Shown piece by piece: positions 21,841-30,467 of a DNA stretch of 64,000 nt. The stretch is from positions 34,164-98,163 of the forward strand of contig CAVYHG010000021.1 of the NCBI GenBank assembly GCA_963768245.1. The letters run 5' to 3'. Position 1 is the first letter of the stretch, and each line of letters opens with the position of its first letter. The DNA is from an uncultured Flavobacteriaceae bacterium. GTDB lineage: Bacteria; Bacteroidota; Bacteroidia; Flavobacteriales; Flavobacteriaceae. The notes under the pieces are model-generated. The model searched no databases, was not told where the DNA came from, and saw only the letters and a program-made list of their open reading frames with translations. Made by a program: the position numbers and the translations under genes.

Positions 21841-23394
21841 TTAATTAATTTGATGTGGGTCCTTTAAAAGATCGTTAACTGTTTTTACAGGATTAAAAGT
21901 AATTAAAGGCACTTCAACAAAAATGGTATTCCAATATGCCATACTTCCATTCCAAAGTCCAGGTAATTCTAAAGCTTTAATATCTTTTCCTGACTTTGGT
22001 TTTCATAGTAATAAAAGCTGTTTCATGATCAACAAATTTCTTTAGATCATATTTTTCACCTTTATAATTTTTTACACCACAAACTAAATCTACAGGATTA
22101 AAATGTGTTGAATTTTTAAATATCTCCTTTTGAACATGTATTATTCTTATCAATTTGTGCAGATTCTACAATTTGCAATGATATATCTCCATCTTTATTA
22201 ACCCAAAAAGGACCTCCTCCTGGTTCTCCTTCATTTTTAACCATTCCACAAACACGAATAGGTCTATCTAGTTTGTTTCTTAAATAATTTTATCTGTTCT
22301 TTTTCAGAATAGCTTTTCAAATTCTATTGGCAGAACAATATTTAATTCATCAGATACAAAACTGGCAATATTCTTCAGTTCTGATTTCGAGACATCTTCT
22401 CTGTTAAGAATTTCCTGATACTTAAAAACTTTCGCTGAATCTTTAATAGAATTCCGGCAAGCATTATTTTATATTTGGCGACTTCTTCTTCAAATTTAAA
22501 AACAACAACATTATCTATGTTTTTAATGAAAATAATATCAGCATCTAAATCATTTAAATTTTCAAGCAAAGCTCCATGACCAGATGGTCTAAATACCAAC
22601 CTACCTATTTTCATCTCTAAAAGGTTCATTTTTGCAGGGTAACTGCAATTGTATCTGTAGATTGTTTTTGAAAGGAATAATTAATATTAAAATCTGTGTT
22701 AGTTTTTTTCTCAACATCTTTTCAATTCGTTCAAATTCATCATCAAATTTATGACTATGCATTTCTGAAATAGTAAAATGTAGATCTGCTTTATTATTAG
22801 ATGATGCATATAGTGCAGCTTCAAATAAATGTTCTTCAAAAGCAGTTGCTACATGATCTTTATATTGATGAAACGGAAATAATCCTTTGGAAAATTACTA
22901 TAATCAAGTTTATCTGTTTGCAACATTGTTTTTATAAACAATAGTAACTTTTCATTAATTTTTAAATTGTCAAAATTCGGATTCTCCTTATAAAGTTGCT
23001 GCTTTACTTTGTAATAAAAAGGAAACTTTTTTATACCAACATAAAACATAGATAGTTCTGATGCATTCTTTCTATTTACAAATGCATTTATACTCTCTTC
23101 GTCTGGCTTAAATTCATTTAAAAAATCAAACAGGAATTTAAACATTCTTGTTGCAGCACCAGAAGCAGGAACAAATTTTATAAACGAGTTATTATTTCTT
23201 TTGCTTTCAAAAAAATTAATAAAATTTTCCTTTTCTGAATCGCTAAATTTTAATATTCCATTACCTATAGTAGCTGCAGATTCCAGTTTAATAAATGGCA
23301 AACCCTTCTTAAAAGTATCTATTTGATTATTAATCTGGTCAATAGTTAAACCCTTATTCTCTATATGCTCTATATCTTTCTTAGTAAATTTCAA
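21841..23394 (-). pseudogene. DUF4301-family protein, many frame breaks
   Basis: N-terminal fragment 22849-23394 (MKFTKKDIEHIENKGL...FVPASGAATRMFK), fragment 22375-22629, and my translation of the C-terminus (...AYWNTIFVEVPLITFNPVKTVNDLLKDPHQIN). The family assignment is from memory. Confidence 0.55.
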
Positions 23395-23961
23395 TGTTTA
23401 ATATCTAATAGTTTATCTATATGTTTTATGGCTGTTTTTAGACGCTGTTGTTTATTTCCTTTTAACAAGACATAGGGTCTATTATACTTTATTAATGCAT
23501 CTTCAAACGCTTGAAACATTCTTCATCTTTCATTTGGTTTATCTCTTAGATCATCTGCTTCCCAAGGTGTATCAATATAAGTTAAAAAATATAAATCATA
23601 TGTATTTTCAAGAGCATATTTCTCAAGAATTGGATCACATATCCCGGAATAATACGCTTCAGAATAGACTTTTGTTTCTAACAAATCTGTATCACAAATC
23701 AAAACAGAATCTGTTTTTTTTGCCAATTCATTTTCAAGTTTCATTTGTCCATATGCTATTGGTAACAGATCATTTGATTCACAAGTTTTACGCTCGTTAT
23801 TCCATTTATTTTGTAAATATTCTCGTGCATATTCTGGAACCCAAACTGAATTATAATGTCTTGCCAAATGCCTGAGAAAGTGTTGTTTTTCCTGTAGATT
23901 CTGGTCCAAACAATACTATTTTTAAGCAGTTTGCAGGTTGTTGTTTAAGTGTTTCTTCCAT
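23391..23961 (-). pseudogene. NadR-type ribosylnicotinamide kinase-like P-loop ATPase (RNK domain only), 2 frame breaks
   Basis: My reconstruction: MEETLKQQPANCLKIVLFGPESTGKTTLS... / ...LARHYNSVWVPEYAREY...CDTDLLETKVY...PWEADDLRD... / ...EEMFQAFEDALIKYNRPYVLLKG. This parallels the NadR C-terminal kinase domain motifs. Confidence 0.65.
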
Positions 23962-24560
23962 GCTATATATCCAAATATTGCTATTACTGTAAATCCTAAA
24001 TACTGAAAACTTGTAAAGGTAAATCCTTTATAAAAATACAAAGGAACAGAAATTATATCTCCAATAATCCAAAAAATCCAATTTTCTAATTTTCTTCTCG
24101 CCATAAGCCACATACCAACAAAAAAGATCGCTGTAGTTATGGTGTCTACATATGCAACCCAACTTGTCCATTTATCAAAGTATCTGTAAACGATAAATAC
24201 AAATAATAAAGTAGCTAAGAAAATGAATATACTTAAATACTTTTCTTTTAATGTTGTTCTGGAAATTGGAGTAACATGAGTTGCATCTACTTTTCGAGTC
24301 CAAATGTACCAGCCATAAACACTCATGATAAAGTAATACCCATTAATCATCATATCCCCTAATAAACCCCATTTTAATAATAAATACACAAAAATGCTTG
24401 TACTTATCATTCCTGTTGGAAATACTAAAATGTTATTTTGTTTTGAGAACCACACAGATAGAAAACCAAATATTACTGCTACAATTTCAAGAACAATATC
24501 AATTGTTTCATAATCTGAATATTGGGCAAAAAAGAAATCAAAAATTTGGCTCATAATCAC
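23922..24560 (-). CDS. pnuC: PnuC-family nicotinamide riboside transporter
   Basis: 212 aa intact, 7-8 TM segments. Typical PnuC sequence (FGFLSVWFSKQNNILVFPTGMIS..., WIFWIIGDIISVPLYFYKG). Confidence 0.85.
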   Translation of the reverse strand: MIMSQIFDFFFAQYSDYETIDIVLEIVAVIFGFLSVWFSKQNNILVFPTGMISTSIFVYLLLKWGLLGDMMINGYYFIMSVYGWYIWTRKVDATHVTPISRTTLKEKYLSIFIFLATLLFVFIVYRYFDKWTSWVAYVDTITTAIFFVGMWLMARRKLENWIFWIIGDIISVPLYFYKGFTFTSFQYLGFTVIAIFGYIAWKKHLNNNLQTA

Positions 24561-24788
24561 TTCTATCGCTTTTTACGATCTTTAGGTTAATCACGTATGT
24601 TCTTGTTGATTAAAGGACTGCTTTATCTCATGAGTTAAAAAAGGCATTAAATCATCATAATTTCCATAAATATGTGTACTCAATGGGTTTTCTAATATTT
24701 TAAAGTTTGATGCTCTTAATTTCTTAATAAAAGATTTTATATGGTCTTCAAAATCATTTTGCAAAGGCATTAAAGTTATTCTATGGAT
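24538..24788 (-). pseudogene. small conserved protein, possibly YkoF/MTH1187-like (thiamine-binding fold), 2 frame breaks
   Basis: Not in the track. My reconstruction: MKVSIE/ITLMPLQNDFEDHIKSFIKKLRASNFKILENPLSTHIYGNYDDLMPFLTHEIKQSFNQQEH/VINLKIVKSDRSDYEPNF. The family assignment is tentative and from memory. Confidence 0.35.
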
Positions 24789-24792
24789 ACTT

Positions 24793-25530
24793 TCATGTTC
24801 TATTTTTTCTTTTTAATTCATCGAAGAACAATTGATTTTCTTCAAAAGCTGTACCAATTACTACTATATCTGCCCCGGAATTATAAGCGTTTTCTAACTG
24901 AATCGTGGTTTTAATGCCTCCACCAACTATTAATGGAATATTTAAACCCTTTTTTACTTCATTTATAATTTCTATTGAGACTGGATCGATTGCGCCACTT
25001 CCAGCCTCTAAATAGATTAGTTTCATACCCAATAATTCGCCTGCTAAACCTGTATCAATAATAGTGGAGATATTCTCCCTTGGCAATGGTTGTGTATTAG
25101 TCACTTTCTGTACCGATGTTTCTTTGCCATTTTCAATTAAAATATAGCCAGTTGGTATAACTTCAAGATTTGACTGCTTTAGTTTTTGAACTGACTGAAC
25201 ATGTTTTCCAATTAGGTAATCAGGATTTCTCCCAGAGATCAGAGATAAGAATAATAAACCATCCGCTTTTTCTGTAATCTGTGTAACATCGCCCGGAAAT
25301 AATATAATAGGTAATTGCGTATGCTGTTTTATTATGGAAACGACAACATCGCAAGCTTCTTCTTTTACCTCACTACCACCAACAAAAACATGTGTAGCAA
25401 TAGAAGAGTTGACCTTTGTGATAAATGCTGGAATATTGTCTAATTCAATTTTATCAGGATCTATTAAAACTGCTAGAAGCCGTTCTCCTTTTTCAATAGA
25501 TTTTAAAATATTCTGATATATACTCTTCAT
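24793..25530 (-). CDS. pcrB: geranylgeranylglyceryl/heptaprenylglyceryl phosphate synthase (PcrB/GGGPS family)
   Basis: 245 aa intact, TIM-barrel GGGPS-like sequence (LLAVLIDPDK, FVGGS, ILFPG, LIYLEAGSGA, VGGGIKT). Confidence 0.82.
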   Translation of the reverse strand: MKSIYQNILKSIEKGERLLAVLIDPDKIELDNIPAFITKVNSSIATHVFVGGSEVKEEACDVVVSIIKQHTQLPIILFPGDVTQITEKADGLLFLSLISGRNPDYLIGKHVQSVQKLKQSNLEVIPTGYILIENGKETSVQKVTNTQPLPRENISTIIDTGLAGELLGMKLIYLEAGSGAIDPVSIEIINEVKKGLNIPLIVGGGIKTTIQLENAYNSGADIVVIGTAFEENQLFFDELKRKNRT

Positions 25531-26159
25531 TTATTGAATGGCATAAGCACAAGTAAATCCATCAAATTCCATAAAATGGATATTGTATCGGTATTTTCTA
25601 TGTTTATAATCAATCCAGCAAACTGTAGAATCTTCATTAAAAGTAAATGGAATTATTAAAATATGCTGCTTAAAGCTTAATCCTGGAGTTGCAAACAGCT
25701 TATACAAAGATTCTTTTGCGCACCAAATAACAGTTAATTTTCTTACATATTCATCTTCACTTGTTTTCAAATATTCAAATTCATAATCCACAAACTTATG
25801 AAGCGATATTGGTAATTATTGGTCTTTGTTTTTCAATATCAATTCCCACTTTAAAGTCACTTACTATAACTGCACAAAAGTTAAAAGAATGTGTTATAGA
25901 AATATACTTACCATCTTCTAAATGTGGTTTGCCATGTTCATCATAAAGCAAATCAACATCAGAATAACCAAACTCTGCTATCAAACGTCTTACACTTAAA
26001 AATCCACATTGATGAATTCCTGATTTCATTTTTAAAACACGCTGTAAACTTTTAGGTCTTAAGTTTAACCGTTTCCATCAACTCGTCATAAGACTCTGTT
26101 AATCTTCCAGATTTTAACAGTAGTTTGTGAGTTAGGAGTAATGGTTTTGTAAAGAGGCA
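25531..26159 (-). pseudogene. 4'-phosphopantetheinyl transferase superfamily protein, 3 or more frame breaks
   Basis: Fragments 25796-26029 (HGKPHL, VGIDIEK) and 25531-25791 (WCAKESLYK). The N-terminus MPLYKTITPNS starts at 26159. Confidence 0.72.
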
Positions 26160-26227
26160 TTTAATATTCTGAAAGTTATTAGTTATCTTTGCGCATTGAA
26201 AAAATTGTGATAGACAAATATACAACT

Positions 26228-27545
26228 ATGAATACAAAAACAATTGCTTACGTGCCTTATAAAGTGAAAGATATTTCTCTTGCTTCTTGGGGAAGAAAAG
26301 AAATTGAATTAGCTGAAGCTGAAATGCCAGGATTAATGAGTTTACGTGAAGAATATAAAAATTCACAACCTCTAAAAGGAGCTAGAATTGCCGGTTGTTT
26401 ACATATGACCATTCAAACTGCGGTTTTAATTGAAACCTTACAGGCTTTAGGTGCAGAAGTTACTTGGAGTTCTTGTAATATATTCTCAACGCAAGATCAG
26501 GCTGCTGCTGCAATTGCAGATGCAGGAACAGCGGTTTATGCATGGAAAGATATGACTGAAGAAGAATTTGACTGGTGTATTGAGCAAACTCTTTTCTTTG
26601 GTGAAGACAGAAAACCATTAAACATGATTCTTGATGATGGTGGTGATTTAACCAATATGGTTTTAGATAAATATCCTGAATTGGTATCCGGGATAAATGG
26701 TTTAAGTGAAGAAACTACAACAGGTGTTCATAGATTGTATGAGCGGTTCAAGAATGGTACATTACCAATGCCTGCAATTAATGTTAATGATTCTGTTACC
26801 AAAATCTAAATTCGACAACAAATATGGTTGTCATGAAAGTGCCGTAGATGCAATTCGTCGTGCAACTGATGTAATGTTAGCTGGAAAACGTGTTGTTGTT
26901 TGTGGTTATGGCGATGTTGGTAAAGGAACTGCTGCATCTTTTAAAGGAGCTGGAAGTATTGTAACCGTAACGGAAATTGATCCTATTTGTGCATTACAGG
27001 CTGCTATGGATGGTTTTGAAGTCAAAAAACTTGAAACTGTTGTTGGTAATGCAGATATTGTAATTACAACTACAGGAAATAAAGACATTGTACAAGCTCG
27101 CCATTTTGAAGCTATGAAAGACAAGACCATTGTTTGTAACATTGGTCATTTTGATAACGAAATAGATATGGCTTGGTTAAATAGAAACCATGGAAATACT
27201 AAAGATACCATTAAACCACAAGTAGATAAATATACTGTAAATGGTAAAGATATTATTCTACTTGCCGAAGGACGTTTAGTAAATTTAGGTTGTGCAACTG
27301 GTCACCCAAGTTTTGTAATGAGTAACTCATTTACAAACCAAACTTTAGCACAAATAGAACTTTGGACAAATAGAGATGCTTACGAAAACGAAGTATATAT
27401 GTTACCAAAACATTTAGATGAAAAAGTAGCAAAATTACATTTAGCAAAAATTGGTGTTGAGTTTACCGAACTTCGTAAAGACCAAGCAGATTATATTGGT
27501 GTTAAAGAAGAAGGTCCATTTAAGCCAGAGTATTACAGATACTAA
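26228..27545 (+). pseudogene. ahcY: adenosylhomocysteinase, single frame break near 26800
   Basis: Fragments 26189-26809 and 26706-27545. The junction reads acc aaa[a] tct aaa ttc gac, an extra A in an A-run. Otherwise a full-length AhcY. Confidence 0.92.
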
Positions 27546-27580
27546 TAAATTCCTTTGAAAAAAGGAATCTCTTAATCAAA

Positions 27581-27612
27581 AAATCTCAAACTTTAATGTT
27601 TGGGATTTTTTT
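27581..27612 (+). terminator. intrinsic terminator after ahcY
   Basis: AAATCTCAAAC-tttaat-GTTTGGGATTT followed by a T-run. Confidence 0.7.
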
Positions 27613-27653
27613 AGTTTTAAATTAATTAACTTCAACCTTTAAACAAGAGCCTT

Positions 27654-28118
27654 ATGCCTTCGCAAAAAATAAATAGTGTGCTTAATTATTTAGAATCACA
27701 TATAGGCAATCATAGCGTTTCTAACCAAAAAATATCTAAAGGCAATATTGCTTGGCATATAGACCATAGCCTTAAGGTTATTAATAATGTAATTATTGCA
27801 CTCCAAAAATCTAAACCAGATTCCTATAAAAATAATTTTAGTCTTTTAGGAAAGATCTTCTTTAAGCTTGGCTTCTTTCCAAGAGGTAAAGCAAAAGCTC
27901 CAAAATATGTTAAACCACCTGAAGTAATTTTAAAAGAGGATCTAATCTCACAAATACAACTAGCTAAAACTAATGTTGAAACAATTGCTAGCTTAGATAA
28001 GAACGCCTATTTTAAACACCCACTATTTGGAAACATTAACAAAAAAAGAGTCACTCATTTTTTAGTACTTCATACCAATCATCATTTAAAAATTATAAAT
28101 GATATTATGTCGAAATAA
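27654..28118 (+). CDS. DinB-superfamily / DUF1569-like protein
   Basis: 154 aa intact. Helical-bundle-like sequence with conserved His positions (WHIDHSLKV, LHTNHHLKII). Confidence 0.55.
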   Translation: MPSQKINSVLNYLESHIGNHSVSNQKISKGNIAWHIDHSLKVINNVIIALQKSKPDSYKNNFSLLGKIFFKLGFFPRGKAKAPKYVKPPEVILKEDLISQIQLAKTNVETIASLDKNAYFKHPLFGNINKKRVTHFLVLHTNHHLKIINDIMSK

Positions 28119-28173
28119 CATATTTTCGATTTTCCTTTTTTACGATAATTTGCTTTTGGTATAATAAAACAAT

Positions 28174-28212
28174 AAAAAACCCTTTCTGTTTCCAGAAAGG
28201 GTTTATATTTTT
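28174..28212. terminator. bidirectional intrinsic terminator (DinB-like gene / rpmA)
   Basis: AAAAAA-CCCTTTCTG-tttc-CAGAAAGGG-TTtatATTTTTT, with A-run and T-run flanks, between convergent genes. Confidence 0.75.
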
Positions 28213-28233
28213 TAAAGAAAAATAATATGTTTC

Positions 28234-28493
28234 TTAAGCCTCAAAAGGCTCAATAGAAACGTATGATTTATTATCTTTTTTCTTTTTAAATTTTACAATA
28301 CCATCAACTTGAGCATGTAACGTATGGTCTTTTAGGCATAAACATTCTCACCTGGGTGATGTGCTGTTCCTCTTTGTCTTACGATAATGTTTCCTGCAAT
28401 AGCAGCTTGACCACCAAATATCTTAACACCTAAGCGTTTCGATTCTGATTCTCTACCGTTTTTCGAACTACCAACTCCTTTTTTATGAGCCAT
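28234..28493 (-). pseudogene. rpmA: 50S ribosomal protein L27, one frame break
   Basis: My translation: [51 protein letters not shown] / [34 protein letters not shown]. Absent from the ORF track because both halves are under 60 aa. Confidence 0.9.
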
Positions 28494-28534
28494 TGTCTTA
28501 AGGTTTTATTGTTAATACTTAGTAGTTAGAAATA

Positions 28535-29242
28535 TTATTTCTTACCACCATCTAATTTATCTTGTAATTCTTTTAATTCGTCCCACTTACCATCTGCAGC
28601 TAATTTAGCTTGTTCTGGCCAAGTATCAGGAACGTGATTACCACGAACACCTTCAATAATCTCAGAAATCTTTGCTGGTTTAGCTTTTGCAAAATCTGCA
28701 AAAGTTGCAATTCCTGCAGCAACTAAAGTTTCAGCAATTTTTGGTCCAATACCTTCAATTTTTTTCAGATCATCAGCTTTTCCAGTTGCTTTTTTCGCAG
28801 CCGGCTTAGCTTTTGGAGCAGCCTTTTTAACCTCCGCTTTTGGAGCAACGGCTTTCGGTGCTACAGCTTTCGCTTTAGGCTCTACTTTTTTAGTTTCTTT
28901 CTTAGCAGCTGGAGCAGCTTTTTTTGCTCCTGAAGCTACAATACTTTCAATTACGATTTCAGATAAAGATTGTCTGTGACCATTTTTCACACGGTAACCT
29001 TTACGTCTTTTCTTTTTGAAAACTATTACTTTATCACCTTTAAGGTGCTTTAAGACTTTTGCTCCTACTTGAGCTCCGTCTATAGCCGGGGCGCCAACAG
29101 TAACTTTGTCACCATCTGCTAATAAAAGAACATTATCGAAAGATACTTTCTTTCCTTCTTCTGTAGCTAAACGGTTAACAAACACCTTTTGGTCTTTTTC
29201 AACTTTAAATTGATGCCCTGCTATCTCTACAATTGCGTACAT
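28535..29242 (-). CDS. rplU: 50S ribosomal protein L21 with about 130-aa C-terminal extension
   Basis: 235 aa intact. Residues 1 to about 103 are canonical L21 (MYAIVEIAGHQFKV...). These are followed by an A/K/P-rich spacer and a helix-hairpin-helix-like module (IEGIGPKIAETLVAAGIATFADFA...). Confidence 0.9.
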   Translation of the reverse strand: MYAIVEIAGHQFKVEKDQKVFVNRLATEEGKKVSFDNVLLLADGDKVTVGAPAIDGAQVGAKVLKHLKGDKVIVFKKKRRKGYRVKNGHRQSLSEIVIESIVASGAKKAAPAAKKETKKVEPKAKAVAPKAVAPKAEVKKAAPKAKPAAKKATGKADDLKKIEGIGPKIAETLVAAGIATFADFAKAKPAKISEIIEGVRGNHVPDTWPEQAKLAADGKWDELKELQDKLDGGKK

Positions 29243-29323
29243 AGCGTAACGTTTATATTAATTAATTTGTTAAAAAAATGAGTGCAAATATACATCTAAT
29301 TAATTAATCTACAAACCAATTAT

Positions 29324-29773
29324 TTATTTAGAAGGTAAGTTTCCACTATTTTTAAAATATTGCATAAATGTTAGTGTTAATACAACAGTTGTTGCAAAAC
29401 CCATGATTGCAACTACAAAACTAACCATACCAGTACCCACTTCGTAATCACCTTTAAAAAATTCCAATAATTCCGGCAAAAAATCTTTATTGATCTCTGT
29501 AGAATAAAATAAAAAGAAAAAAGTGAATAATACAGTTGCAACAATTCCCGATGTTAATCCAGCTATAAATCCACTTGAATACGAAAAATTATCCCCTTGT
29601 TCCAATTTATGGTACCTTATGGTTTCAAAAATGCCAAATCCTGTTACCACAATATTGAGCAAACTATAAAATGGATTTGTATGTTCATCAAACAATGAAT
29701 GCACCAAGAATGAGGCGATTAAACCACCACTTATTACTAATCCAAAACGTATTGGCATGGATAAATTTTTCAT
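29324..29773 (-). CDS. DUF4199-like 4-TM membrane protein (paralog 1)
   Basis: 149 aa intact, colinear with its neighbour over the whole length. Confidence 0.6.
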   Translation of the reverse strand: MKNLSMPIRFGLVISGGLIASFLVHSLFDEHTNPFYSLLNIVVTGFGIFETIRYHKLEQGDNFSYSSGFIAGLTSGIVATVLFTFFFLFYSTEINKDFLPELLEFFKGDYEVGTGMVSFVVAIMGFATTVVLTLTFMQYFKNSGNLPSK

Positions 29774-29833
29774 CGAACTTTCTATTTAATCGGTTAGTTA
29801 GTCTACTAAAGTTCGGAAAAAAAATCCAAACAC

Positions 29834-30283
29834 CTATTTTGAAGTTGGATTATTGCTGTTTTTAAAAAATTGCATAAAGGTTAGTGTTAGGACAACTGAA
29901 GTGGCAAAACCCATAATAGCAACCACAAAACATACTAATCCTACTCCAACATTATACTCTCTTTTAAAGACTGTAAGTAACTCCTCCAGAAAATTAGGAT
30001 TAACTTCTGTAGCATAAAACAAAAAGAAGATCGTAAATATAATGGTCGCAAGAAAACCGGCAGTAACTCCTACTATAAATCCCGATGTATAATTAAAACT
30101 TTTACCTTGTTCTAATTTATGAAATCTTATTGCCTCAAAAATACCAAAACCAGTGATTACTCCATTGAAAAGGCTAAAAAATGGATTCGTGTGATAATTT
30201 AACAAGGCTAAAAACAAAAAATAACCTATCAAACTTCCGCTTATTGCAACCCCAAACCGAATGGGTAATGTAAAATTTTTCAT
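29834..30283 (-). CDS. DUF4199-like 4-TM membrane protein (paralog 2)
   Basis: 149 aa intact. Tandem duplicate of 29324-29773 (shared MKN..PIRFG...HTNPF.SL.N...TGFGIFE.IR.HKLEQG...MGFAT.VVLTLTFMQ.FKNS). Confidence 0.6.
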   Translation of the reverse strand: MKNFTLPIRFGVAISGSLIGYFLFLALLNYHTNPFFSLFNGVITGFGIFEAIRFHKLEQGKSFNYTSGFIVGVTAGFLATIIFTIFFLFYATEVNPNFLEELLTVFKREYNVGVGLVCFVVAIMGFATSVVLTLTFMQFFKNSNNPTSK

Positions 30284-30467
30284 ATTAATTTTTTTGATTA
30301 GTTTTTGTCAAAGTAAAAAATAAATATCTACAAACTTTAATTTGATGTTAAATTTTAACTTTTTGTAAAGGAAAGTCATTTGTATTATTATTTTTGTTCT
30401 CGTTGTAACGGTTTACAAAAGTTACAGACAAATATTACAATTAATTAACTCATTAAAATTTTAAAAA

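Noticed and set aside
23922-24560. That the PnuC homologue is the thiamine-type PnuT, making the whole block a thiamine locus.
   Set aside because: The TPP riboswitch is not upstream of it, since it precedes the TonB receptor 2.5 kb downstream. The overlapping downstream gene matches the NadR ribosylnicotinamide kinase domain, which favours nicotinamide riboside. I cannot exclude PnuT from sequence inspection alone.
28700-28930. Short periodic GC-rich repeats (gctccaaaagc-type units) that could be mistaken for a tandem-repeat or CRISPR-like locus.
   Set aside because: They lie in frame within rplU and encode the Ala/Lys/Pro-rich linker (AVAPKAVAPKAEVKKAAPKAKPAAKK). There are no unique spacers of regular length.
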